Source: Phycisphaeraceae bacterium
GTDB taxonomy: Bacteria > Planctomycetota > Phycisphaerae > Phycisphaerales > UBA1924
DNA length: 46,111 nt
Direction of reading: 5' to 3'
Assembly: GCA_009827215.1 (NCBI GenBank)
Contig: WUAJ01000001.1
Coordinates: 1-46,111 of the forward strand
The notes below the pieces were generated by a model that was given only the letters and a program-made list of their open reading frames with translations, was not told the origin of the DNA and did not search any database. Within the stretch, counting starts at the first letter, position 1, and the number at the start of each line of letters is the position of its first letter. A program made the translations under genes and the position numbers. Below, piece by piece: positions 1 to 8,826 of the stretch.

Positions 1-34
1 CTTCCGATCTGCTCCGCGAGCGGTCAAAGCGATC

Positions 35-337
35 TCAACGGACGGCTTTGAGCTTCTCGCGATGGTCATGGAGTTGTCGATCCGCTTTGGTGACCACCTC
101 GTCGATGATGTCATAGACATCGCTGCCCTCGGCTTTGGCGATGAAGTCCTCATGACGCTCCACATCAACAGTCAGTTCCACAGCGTACTGCTCCTTGGTG
201 GGGCTCTCTTTCCAGATGCGGAAATCGATCTGCTGGACGAAACTGCTGTATGTATCGAGTTTTTCGGCCTTCTTCTCGGCGTGGAGCCGGATTGGGTCGG
301 TGATTTCAAACTGACGCCCTACGACATTGATTCGCAT
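35..337 (-). CDS. hpf: Ribosome hibernation promoting factor / RaiA family (short form)
   Basis: ORF 35..391 contains MRINVVGRQFEITDPIRLHAEKKAEKL..., a typical HPF/YfiA N-terminus. Start trimmed to the ATG at 337 because AAGGAG (revcomp of 343-348) lies 5 nt upstream. Confidence 0.85.
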   Translation of the reverse strand: MRINVVGRQFEITDPIRLHAEKKAEKLDTYSSFVQQIDFRIWKESPTKEQYAVELTVDVERHEDFIAKAEGSDVYDIIDEVVTKADRQLHDHREKLKAVR

Positions 338-484
338 GTGCACTCCTTGTGGGCTGGGGGCACGCCTCTTGCACGCCCGGTCATACTCCATTCTAGGGGA
401 TCAACCCTGCTGATCCAAGCCCCAAATTGAGACACAATCCGCGAACACAAACTCGATGCACAAGCCGATGAGCCCCCCCTAGAC

Positions 485-2221
485 TTGGTCCCTATGTCCG
501 CAAAGTCTCTCAGAAATCTGATCCAGTACAGCATCCTTCTGATGCTCCTGACCCTGCTAGGACTCTTCCTGCTCTACCCCATCGCGCTGACTGTGCGAGG
601 TGGATTCGCGGAGGACCCGGCGACTGGAACTGGATGGACGCTCGACCATCTGCGTTTGGTCTTCGAAGATCCCCTGCAGATCACTGGACTCATCAACTCG
701 CTCAAGATCGCGATCGCGGTCACGACCACTTGCATCATCATCTCGCTCCCGCTCGCGACACTGAGCGCGCGATTTACTTTCCCTGGAAAGAAGATCCTCA
801 ACGCCGCGATCTTGGTGCCGTTGATCCTCCCTCCGTTTGTCGGCGCGATCGGGATCAGCAAGCTCATGGGACGCGAGGGCGCGCTCAACGCGATGCTCGG
901 CACCGACTGGGATCTGCTCGGCAATGGGAAGTTTTGGGGAGTGGTCATCGTCGAAGCGCTCCACCTCTATCCGATTATCTATCTGAACACAGTCGCTTCG
1001 CTCGCGAACCTTGATCCGGCGCTCGATGAGTCTGCCGAGAACCTCGGGGCGGGAGGGTGGAAGCGGTTCTTCAAGATCACGCTGCCGTTGATCCGTCCGG
1101 GATTGTTTGCGGGATCGACGATCGTGTTTATCTGGAGCTTCACAGAGCTCGGCACACCGTTGATGTTCGATTACTCGACCGTGACTCCGGTGCAGATTTT
1201 CTACGGCTTGAAAGAAGTGCAGAACAACGCCGAGCCATATGCACTCACGCTTGTGCTGCTCTTTTCAGCGATCATGATCTACATCCTCGGCAAGCTCGTG
1301 TTTGGACGCAAGGGGTACGCGATGTATTCCAAAGCATCGCGTGCCGGAGGGGAGACCCCACTCAAGCCGTTCTGGGGATTCATGGCGACCATCGCTTTTG
1401 GAGCCGTCACTGTACTCGCGTTGATGCCGCATATCGGCGTGGTGCTGACCTCGCTCGCTGAGCCGGGTTCGTGGTACTCATCAGCGCTTCCTGAATCGCT
1501 CACCTTCTCCCACTTCGAGCAGGCGTTGACTGCCGGAGAATCCTTCAACTCGATCAAGAACTCGCTGATCCTGTCGCTCCTCGCGATGATCCTCAACATG
1601 GGATTCGGTGTCCTGATCGGATACATCCTCGTCCGCACCAAGGTCATCGGACGCGGACTGCTCGATTCGCTCTGCATGCTCCCGCTCGCGGTGCCTGGAC
1701 TGGTGATGGCGTTCGGATATGTCGCGATGACGCTCCGCTTCCCGTTCGGCGCAGGCGATCCACTCGAGGGCACGCTCGCGGTCTTTGGGACCGATCCCAA
1801 TCCCTTCCCGCTATTGATCATCGCGTACGCGGTGCGTCGCTTGCCGTATATCGAGCGTTCGGCGGTCGCGGGACTGGGGCAGACATCGGGCGAGCTTGAG
1901 GAAGCCGCGGTGGATCTGAGCCCAACGCGCGTCGCAGCGGTCCGCAAGATCATCGTCCCGCTCATCATGGCGAATCTGATCGCGGGCGGATTGCTCGTGT
2001 TCAGCTTCTCGATGCTCGAAGTTTCCGACTCGCTGATCCTCGCGCAGCGGAGCGATCACTTCCCGATCACCAAAATGATTTACGAGTTCACGAACCGACT
2101 GGGCGATGGACAGTACATTGCATCAGCGATGGGTGTCTGGGGCATGACGCTCCTTACGGTCACGCTCGTGGGCTCATCGGTGATGATGGGCAAGAAGCTC
2201 GGGTCGATCTTTAGGGTGTGA
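485..2221 (+). CDS. ABC transporter permease with two fused transmembrane domains, FbpB/iron(III)-type
   Basis: 578-aa polytopic protein with two binding-protein-dependent permease halves, resembling FbpB/HitB/ThiP-type fused permeases. No ATPase or binding-protein gene is adjacent. Confidence 0.8.
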   Translation: MVPMSAKSLRNLIQYSILLMLLTLLGLFLLYPIALTVRGGFAEDPATGTGWTLDHLRLVFEDPLQITGLINSLKIAIAVTTTCIIISLPLATLSARFTFPGKKILNAAILVPLILPPFVGAIGISKLMGREGALNAMLGTDWDLLGNGKFWGVVIVEALHLYPIIYLNTVASLANLDPALDESAENLGAGGWKRFFKITLPLIRPGLFAGSTIVFIWSFTELGTPLMFDYSTVTPVQIFYGLKEVQNNAEPYALTLVLLFSAIMIYILGKLVFGRKGYAMYSKASRAGGETPLKPFWGFMATIAFGAVTVLALMPHIGVVLTSLAEPGSWYSSALPESLTFSHFEQALTAGESFNSIKNSLILSLLAMILNMGFGVLIGYILVRTKVIGRGLLDSLCMLPLAVPGLVMAFGYVAMTLRFPFGAGDPLEGTLAVFGTDPNPFPLLIIAYAVRRLPYIERSAVAGLGQTSGELEEAAVDLSPTRVAAVRKIIVPLIMANLIAGGLLVFSFSMLEVSDSLILAQRSDHFPITKMIYEFTNRLGDGQYIASAMGVWGMTLLTVTLVGSSVMMGKKLGSIFRV

Positions 2222-2224
2222 GCT

Positions 2225-2776
2225 ATGAATATCCGATTGACACAGTCCGATGACGTCCCCTCGATCACGGCTCTGCTCAATCACGAGATCGAGCACAACA
2301 CCGCACACTTCGGAACACACCCCGAACTCGAATCGACCATCCAAACGCAGCTCAATAGCGCGGGCGATCGGTTCCCCTGGTACACCGCGCTCGATGACGA
2401 CGGCTCATTCCTCGGATTCGCCAAGTCCGGGCCTTGGTCCCCGCGCGGCGGGTACAACTGGACCGCGGAGATCACCATCTACCTCACTCCAAGCGCCAGA
2501 GGACGCGGGATCGGCAGGGTGCTTTACGATCGTCTGCTCGATACACTCCGCGCCCAGCGCTTCCAGATCATCGTCGCGGGAGTCGCGGAACCCAATCCCG
2601 CGAGCGTCAAGCTCCATCAATCCATCGGGATGGAGCGGACAGGGTACAACAAGTCCATGGGGTACAAGCACGGCGAGTGGATCGATGTGGGGTACTACCA
2701 GATGATCCTCGGCGATCTTTCTAATCCCCCACCCCCTGTCCTGAGCGTCAGCGAGGCACTGAGCACGCTGGAGTGA
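2225..2776 (+). CDS. GNAT N-acetyltransferase, phosphinothricin acetyltransferase-like
   Basis: 183 aa. Acetyl-CoA motif RGRGIGRVLYDRLL, and C-terminal NPASVKLHQSIGMERTG...GEWIDVGYYQM typical of the PAT/YwnH subgroup. Starts 3 nt after the permease stop. Confidence 0.8.
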   Translation: MNIRLTQSDDVPSITALLNHEIEHNTAHFGTHPELESTIQTQLNSAGDRFPWYTALDDDGSFLGFAKSGPWSPRGGYNWTAEITIYLTPSARGRGIGRVLYDRLLDTLRAQRFQIIVAGVAEPNPASVKLHQSIGMERTGYNKSMGYKHGEWIDVGYYQMILGDLSNPPPPVLSVSEALSTLE

Positions 2777-2788
2777 TACACTCGTCCC

Positions 2789-3412
2789 ATGCTCGATCCC
2801 AACGACAGCACGCTCCTCCGCGCCACGCACATCCTACGCAGCGCGTGGACCGCGACGCTGCTGTATGACGAATCCCCGTTTGACACCAAGTGCATGATCG
2901 ATCCCAAGACCGGATCATTCATCGTCGCGATTATGGATGAGGCGCTGGATGCGAGAGACATCACCCTCGCGTGTCCGCGTGATTCGTTCGACTCGCGCGT
3001 GCGGATCGCTGTGGATCTGAGCAACGATGTCAGCGAGGAGCAGAGCGACCGATTCACAGCGTACCACCTCCCCGCGACCACCCCGCTGCTCGCTGTCGCG
3101 ACCTACGAGTACGCGAAGCTCGATTCGGGAGAGGTCGTCACTCCGGAGAACTGCCCGCTCGTCAATCCGCTGGTCTCGGTCATGGGATCGCTGTGCAAAG
3201 CACTCAACTCGGACCGCGATCGACTGTCGCGTCTGTGCGAAAAGCTTTCGGGAGTCGAGCACGAATCGCCGCTGGCCGTCGGGGTGGACGATACGGGCAT
3301 CGACATCCGCGCCAGCTTCGGTCTTGTTCGTCTCAAGCTTCCGTCCATGATTTCCGATCCCGAATCCGCGCTCGACTCGGTCAACGCGCTCCTGGAGTCG
3401 TGCGATGCGTGA
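2789..3412 (+). CDS. Hypothetical protein, possible split-barrel plus DUF2470-like (heme-utilisation-type) C-terminal domain
   Basis: 207-aa ORF, co-directional. The C-terminal part (LAVGVDDTGIDIRASFGLVRLKLP) recalls DUF2470. The function call is weak. Confidence 0.55.
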   Translation: MLDPNDSTLLRATHILRSAWTATLLYDESPFDTKCMIDPKTGSFIVAIMDEALDARDITLACPRDSFDSRVRIAVDLSNDVSEEQSDRFTAYHLPATTPLLAVATYEYAKLDSGEVVTPENCPLVNPLVSVMGSLCKALNSDRDRLSRLCEKLSGVEHESPLAVGVDDTGIDIRASFGLVRLKLPSMISDPESALDSVNALLESCDA

Positions 3413-4634
3413 GGCGCACGCGCACATCTTTCAGCTTGGTCGATCGTTGACGATGCTCGACTGCTCGCAGTGCACATCGCGCGAGGCGATGATCGAAGCG
3501 ATCGCTGAGCACAGCCAAACCCTCAAACCCGATCAATGGGTCCTCGCACACAGCGCTCGTCCAGAGGCATGGAGTGATACTCGCTGGCCATCGCGTCAGG
3601 AGCTTGACCACGCGGCGGATGGCCGTCCTGTGTGCGCGTGGTGCTTCGATTACCACGCGCTTGTCGCTTCGAGCAGCGCTCTTGAGCACGCGAAGATTGA
3701 TCAGCAAACGACAATCGATCGCGGGATCATCGAGCTTTCGCACGACGGTACCCCGACCGGTGTCCTCTACGAACTCGCGGCACTGCGCCTCTGGGACTCT
3801 GTCCCCGAGCCCGATGCCGATGCTCGCAAGTCACTCGTGCTCAGCGCGTGCATGCACCTCGAAGCACTGGGATTCAACGAAGTCCACGATCTCAAGTCCC
3901 AGACTTGGCTCGGACCGCTGCTCGCAGAGCTCCGCAACGAAAGGCAGACCACTCTCTCGTTCGAACTCTTCCCGCTGATCCCCGATCTGGAAGCGACACT
4001 CGCGACGCGCGATCAGTGGGAATCGGATCAGCTCAAGCTCGCGGGAACGAAGATCTTCACCGACGGCACACTCAACTCGCGCACAGCGTGGATGCTTGAG
4101 CCGTACACCGATACGAGGACCACTGGCACCCCGATGATGACCCCATCGGAGATCGACGACGCGATGATGCTGAGCAAATCCCAAGGCCTGCCCGTCGCGG
4201 CGCACGCGATCGGGGACGGCGCAGTCCGCGCGGTCCTCGATTCGATCGAGCGCACGCAGTGCACGAACATGGGCGCGCGGATCGAGCATCTGGAGCTGGT
4301 CCACGATGAGGACATCACGAGGTTCGCTCAGCTCGGGGTGATCGCGTCAGTGCAGCCTTGCCATCTGCTTCCCGATATTGAGAGCTTGCGTGCGTGCTTG
4401 AGTGATCGTTTGGATCGTGTGCTCCCGCTGCGTTCGCTGCTTGAATCGGGATTGATCGCGGGAGAGTCGTTGCTGTTTGGTTCTGATGTCCCCATTGTCC
4501 GCGCCAACCACGAGGACTCATTGCAAGCCGCGATGCACCGCCGGCGCGTCGACATGGATGAATCGGAAGCGATCGGATTCGACCAGCGGCTCACGGAACG
4601 CGAATCGCTCGCGTGCTTTGGCAACTCTAGTTGA
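3405..4634 (+). CDS. Metal-dependent amidohydrolase (Amidohydro_3 / YtcJ-like), N-terminally short
   Basis: HxH motif AHAHIF at residues 5-10, then KIFTDGTLNSRTAW, AAHAIGDGAV, RIEHLELV and LFGSDVPIV, which match YtcJ-type amidohydrolases. The ATG overlaps the upstream stop by 8 nt. Confidence 0.8.
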   Translation: MREAHAHIFQLGRSLTMLDCSQCTSREAMIEAIAEHSQTLKPDQWVLAHSARPEAWSDTRWPSRQELDHAADGRPVCAWCFDYHALVASSSALEHAKIDQQTTIDRGIIELSHDGTPTGVLYELAALRLWDSVPEPDADARKSLVLSACMHLEALGFNEVHDLKSQTWLGPLLAELRNERQTTLSFELFPLIPDLEATLATRDQWESDQLKLAGTKIFTDGTLNSRTAWMLEPYTDTRTTGTPMMTPSEIDDAMMLSKSQGLPVAAHAIGDGAVRAVLDSIERTQCTNMGARIEHLELVHDEDITRFAQLGVIASVQPCHLLPDIESLRACLSDRLDRVLPLRSLLESGLIAGESLLFGSDVPIVRANHEDSLQAAMHRRRVDMDESEAIGFDQRLTERESLACFGNSS

Positions 4635-6528
4635 GCGGGATACGGAGCTCGAACTCCGCGCCGTGCCCTCGCTTGCGGACGAGCGACAGGTCACCCCCCA
4701 TCTCGATCGCAAGACCACGCGAGAGCGCCAATCCCAATCCAAGTCCGGAACGATCACGCATGGTTCCTGATGAACCACGCACGAACTCGCCGAAGATTTT
4801 GCGTCGATCGCGCGCCGGGACGCCCGGGCCGTGATCCGCGACGACGAGCAGCAATGAGTCGAATGCGACGGATGCATCGAGGTGCACGCGCAGATCGCGT
4901 TCTTCTTCGCTATCCCCGTCGCTGTTCCCGTCCCCCCCGGCGTATTTACACGCGTTGTCCATCAGGTTCATCACGATGCGTTCCACAGCGTGCGGATCCA
5001 GCGTCATCGTGCGCTCCGCGTCATCAGATGTGGAATCTGAGACGATGAGGTCCATCCCGAACTGCTCACCAAGGCGCGACATCGGCGGGACAATCCGCGC
5101 CATCATCTCTCCGACGCTGAGCGTCTGCTCGCCTTTGGGTTTGTCCTTGATGCCTTTCTGTCGCGAGATGCGCGCGTACTCGAGGACGTTCTCCACGATG
5201 CCTGTCAATCGATCGGACTCGCGTTTGAGAGTGTTCAGGTAGTCCTTGCGGACCGCTTCGTCAGTGACCATCCCGTCCGCGAGCATCTGAGAATACAAAC
5301 GGAACGTCGTCAGCGGCGTTCGGAGTTCGTGTGTCACCGCGCCCACAAAACGACCTCGTCGCGCCGAGAGCGTGAGCACTGTTCGCAGCACGATCCCCAC
5401 CGCGATCATCGCGCCGATGACCGCGATCCAGGTCACCATCATCGCAAAGATCGCGGGCGTGATCGAGTCCCCCTCGACCGCGATCGCTCCGCCGGGATGA
5501 AACGAGACGGGGATGGTTGCGAGGCGATAGCTGCTCGTCGCGGACTTGCTCTGAGGCTGCTCGACACGGATCGGTTGGAGCGTTGATGTCGGGAGCAGGT
5601 CCTCGATCGCGAGAATCAAATCACGCGAGAGCGTGGGCCAATCCAGCAGCACCCCCTGGACGATGTTCCGCCCGTCTTGATTGATCGTTCGTGTGAGGAC
5701 AAGCTCGGTCACGCCGTCGTCTCCGACGACCCAGCGTGGTTCGATCGCTCCGATCGAGACGGATGGAGCCCCTCCCACAATCACTTGATCCATGTCATTC
5801 GCGATGAACGCTTGCGGATCTGCTCGCGCGGCGCTCATTGATTCAATAAGCTCGCTAGATTGCTCGACTTCAGCACGCTCTGGTACGTTGCTCAACTCGT
5901 CGCTCTTGCGCGAGGCGCGTTTGTACTGCGCCAGATCCGCGATCTGCTGACGCGCCAGGTAATCCGCTTCCGATGCTGATTCGCTCTGAAGAACAACTCC
6001 GCTCCCGGCGGGATTTGATACAGCCGGTGTTTCCTCTTTGTTCTCGCGGGATTCGACATCTGCATCTGAATCATTCAAGGCGATGTCGTCGCTGTACCCC
6101 CTGGAGTTCTCCGCGACCTCCACAGCTCGGTCCAGCGTGCCCTTCGCTTGACCGCTCTCGTCGATCTCGAAGTATCCGACGTTGTACGAACCGCTATCGA
6201 TCCCGTTCCGTACGATATCTTGCATTCCCGGATCGTCGTGGCGCGCGTCGCTCGCAAATCCGTCGTCGAGCTTTGGCTGACTCTCTCCGATGAGGACTTT
6301 GTAATCCTGAACGGGACGAGCCGCTTCGAGCGCGATCATCGGTGCTAATCGAGAGTCCATGCGCCACAGCGCGAGTCGGATGACTTCTTGTCGCTGGTTC
6401 TCGGCGCGTGCCGTCGCGTTGCGTTCCTCGAGGATGTAGACTCGTGCACTCGCCCACCCAAGCACGGCGACGATGAGCAGCACCCCCGACCAGAACGCGA
6501 TCCAGAGCTTGTGACGAGCGGGATTCAC
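4627..6528 (-). CDS. Sensor histidine kinase with a large periplasmic domain
   Basis: 633 aa. N-terminal TM, about 340-aa acidic extracytoplasmic region, second TM, H-box VTHELRTPLTT and a HATPase_c region (DNACKYA...GLGLALSRGLA). The GTG start overlaps the response-regulator stop (GTGA). Confidence 0.9.
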   Translation of the reverse strand: MNPARHKLWIAFWSGVLLIVAVLGWASARVYILEERNATARAENQRQEVIRLALWRMDSRLAPMIALEAARPVQDYKVLIGESQPKLDDGFASDARHDDPGMQDIVRNGIDSGSYNVGYFEIDESGQAKGTLDRAVEVAENSRGYSDDIALNDSDADVESRENKEETPAVSNPAGSGVVLQSESASEADYLARQQIADLAQYKRASRKSDELSNVPERAEVEQSSELIESMSAARADPQAFIANDMDQVIVGGAPSVSIGAIEPRWVVGDDGVTELVLTRTINQDGRNIVQGVLLDWPTLSRDLILAIEDLLPTSTLQPIRVEQPQSKSATSSYRLATIPVSFHPGGAIAVEGDSITPAIFAMMVTWIAVIGAMIAVGIVLRTVLTLSARRGRFVGAVTHELRTPLTTFRLYSQMLADGMVTDEAVRKDYLNTLKRESDRLTGIVENVLEYARISRQKGIKDKPKGEQTLSVGEMMARIVPPMSRLGEQFGMDLIVSDSTSDDAERTMTLDPHAVERIVMNLMDNACKYAGGDGNSDGDSEEERDLRVHLDASVAFDSLLLVVADHGPGVPARDRRKIFGEFVRGSSGTMRDRSGLGLGLALSRGLAIEMGGDLSLVRKRGHGAEFELRIPLN

Positions 6529-7235
6529 GAGTCATCCCCATCCGGATCCGCGAGCATGTAGCCCTTGCCTCGCACGGTTTTGATGACCTCGGGATTCGAT
6601 GGATCGTCTCCGAGCGATTCGCGGATGCGCGCGATCGCCATGTCCACCGTTCGAGTGTGCGTCCCGCGCGGATCGACTCCCCAGACTTTCTGCAATAGCT
6701 CGTCGCGCGAGACCGCTCGTCCGGGATTGGACGCAAGGAAACCGATGACCTCCGCCTCGCGTTCGGTGAGCGTCAATCGCGTCCCATCGCTGAGCACGGC
6801 TTCTCGGCGGTCAAAGTCCAGCTGTCGCCCCGCGATGGTGATCTTCTTCCGCTGCGATGGACGAGCGGGAACGCGCCGGAAGACCGCTTCGATCCGCGCG
6901 ATCAGCTCGTCAAGCGAGAACGGCTTGACAATGTAATCGTCCGCGCCGAGCTTGAGTCCTCCGATGCGATCCGTCTCCTCGCCTCGTGCAGTGAGGAATA
7001 TCACAGGGACACCGGGTTTGGGTTTGCGGAGTTCCTTGAGCACCGCGAGCCCGTCCATTTTGGGCATCATGATGTCGAGCAGCACGAGGTCCGCGTCGAC
7101 GCTCAGGCAGAGCTCTAAGCCCTGCTGACCATCGCTTGCTTCGTGGACGGTGTATCCCGAGAACGACAACGCATCGACCAAGCCGCGCCTGATCGAGTCG
7201 TCGTCCTCCACAACCACCAATACACCTTGTGACAT
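6525..7235 (-). CDS. OmpR/PhoB-family DNA-binding response regulator
   Basis: 236 aa. Receiver domain (VVVEDDDSI...LLDIMMPKMDG...TARGE...GADDYIVKPF) plus winged-helix C-terminus (VRGKGYML). AAGGAG lies 6 nt upstream of the ATG. Confidence 0.95.
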   Translation of the reverse strand: MSQGVLVVVEDDDSIRRGLVDALSFSGYTVHEASDGQQGLELCLSVDADLVLLDIMMPKMDGLAVLKELRKPKPGVPVIFLTARGEETDRIGGLKLGADDYIVKPFSLDELIARIEAVFRRVPARPSQRKKITIAGRQLDFDRREAVLSDGTRLTLTEREAEVIGFLASNPGRAVSRDELLQKVWGVDPRGTHTRTVDMAIARIRESLGDDPSNPEVIKTVRGKGYMLADPDGDDS

Positions 7236-7263
7236 GCAATCTCCTTATCGCACTGACGAGAGT

Positions 7264-8778
7264 TTACCATGAATAGCGGACGGTGTAGGTCACGGTCTCT
7301 TCTTCATCGACATCCAGCGACACCGGGATGTGCATCGTGCGCGCATCGAGCATGTCGTAGTTGTGCGAGTGCTTCTGGATGTCTGCGTTGGTCCAGCGGT
7401 AGAGGCGTTCTTGCACCACCACATCGACCGGCTCGTCCTTGCGATTGCGGAGCTTGACCTCGATGGTCTCGACGATCCAGCGTTTCCCACGCTCGAACGA
7501 GACCTGTCGGCGTTCTCCCACGACATCAAAAGCGTTGCCGAGCTTGATCATGATCTCCTCTTCGCGCGGAGTATGGTCGATGACGTGCTCTCCGATGAAC
7601 TCGAATGCGCCGTCCGCTTGGTCTTTCTGATTGACGCGCATGCGCCCCGATGGCATCGGGATCCCGAGCCCGTTGTCCTCGGAGTTCTCGAACTTGAGGT
7701 AGACCTCGACCTTCGAGTTGGATTGGACACCCCAGTTCTGGTCCATCATCGCGGAGTTCCCAAACCACTGTGCTTGCGCCGTCCCGTCGTAGAGCAACAC
7801 CTTCTCAGCCGGGACATCGTTGACGGCTTCGAACAGCTCGATCTGCTTGGTTGAACGATCCGGAATCGTGGTGGGTCGTCCGAGCGTGTAGAGGTGGTAC
7901 TCGAAGAATGATTTCTCCTCGAATCCCGCGGCTCCTGAGTCCTCCATTGCGTTCGCTCGCATGTAGGTCTCGACCTGTCTGAACTGATTCTTCGGCTGAG
8001 CTCGATTCACATCGCCCGCGACCAGTTTCAGTTTCGCGTTCTCGTAGGTCCCTCCCGATTGATTCAGGATCGAGACCCACGCGCCGACATCGACAGTTCC
8101 TGAGTTCGCATCGTCGCCGGGCGTGAAGATGAGGTTGTAATCCGCCCACCAGGTGATCCCGGTGGTCTGGTACGACACGCGTGTGTCATGCTCACCACCA
8201 GTCGCGGCGTTCACCTGCCACATCAGGGTTGGTTTGGTGACCAGCGATTCATCGAGCGATGGGAAGACCACTCCCGCGTACCCCTGCTGGAACTGCACGC
8301 GTCCGTCGTCTCCCTGGAGCAGCATGCCTCCGCCTGCTGTGGACATGAGGGTCATCTCTTGTCCGCCATAGATGATTTTCTGATCGATGTAGCGTTCGAG
8401 CATGCGATCCATCGAGAGCAGATCGAAGCGGTAGTCCTGCTCAAGCACGCTCGTCCCATCTGGATCAGTCAGCGAAGAGAACTGGACCGTCGTCGGATCG
8501 AGCAGCGCCGCGACATCGGTAAAGCTCAGCACGCTGAGTCCTTGATCGATGTCGAGCGTCCGATCCTGACGGATGACCGCGTATCCAGGGATCTGGTTGT
8601 ATCGGTTGTAGCCGTAGCCGTAGGACTGTCCCGGGACTGGTCGGTACCACTCCGCCGGGACCGCGCCAGGGGTCGCGGTGGAGTAGATCGTCAGTGCGGT
8701 GTCATCGGCGAGCGTGGTCTGGAGGATCGCGGTCGATGCGAGCAGTCCGGCGATGTGTGCGATTCGTGTGTTCATCAT
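7264..8778 (-). CDS. DUF4139 domain-containing secreted protein (MuiA-like family)
   Basis: 504 aa with a signal peptide. The core VSYQTTGITWWADYNLIF...VGAWVSILNQSGGTYENAKLKLVAGDVNR matches the DUF4139 signature as I remember it. Confidence 0.75.
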   Translation of the reverse strand: MMNTRIAHIAGLLASTAILQTTLADDTALTIYSTATPGAVPAEWYRPVPGQSYGYGYNRYNQIPGYAVIRQDRTLDIDQGLSVLSFTDVAALLDPTTVQFSSLTDPDGTSVLEQDYRFDLLSMDRMLERYIDQKIIYGGQEMTLMSTAGGGMLLQGDDGRVQFQQGYAGVVFPSLDESLVTKPTLMWQVNAATGGEHDTRVSYQTTGITWWADYNLIFTPGDDANSGTVDVGAWVSILNQSGGTYENAKLKLVAGDVNRAQPKNQFRQVETYMRANAMEDSGAAGFEEKSFFEYHLYTLGRPTTIPDRSTKQIELFEAVNDVPAEKVLLYDGTAQAQWFGNSAMMDQNWGVQSNSKVEVYLKFENSEDNGLGIPMPSGRMRVNQKDQADGAFEFIGEHVIDHTPREEEIMIKLGNAFDVVGERRQVSFERGKRWIVETIEVKLRNRKDEPVDVVVQERLYRWTNADIQKHSHNYDMLDARTMHIPVSLDVDEEETVTYTVRYSW

Positions 8779-8826
8779 GGGCCTTTCGTGGATAATGGCT
8801 TCTCTGTGATCATATACGTATTGGAA

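Noticed and set aside
398-416. Inverted repeat GGATCA-N7-TGATCC between hpf and the ABC permease
   Set aside because: It is a short 6-bp half-site built on GATC, which is very frequent in this genome. Not distinguishable from chance.
1279-1968. 229-aa minus-strand ORF inside the ABC permease
   Set aside because: Ser/Pro/Ala-rich shadow frame opposite a clear polytopic permease.
6194-6736. 180-aa minus-strand ORF overlapping the kinase/regulator junction
   Set aside because: It is out of frame with two motif-supported genes and has an Arg-rich shadow translation.
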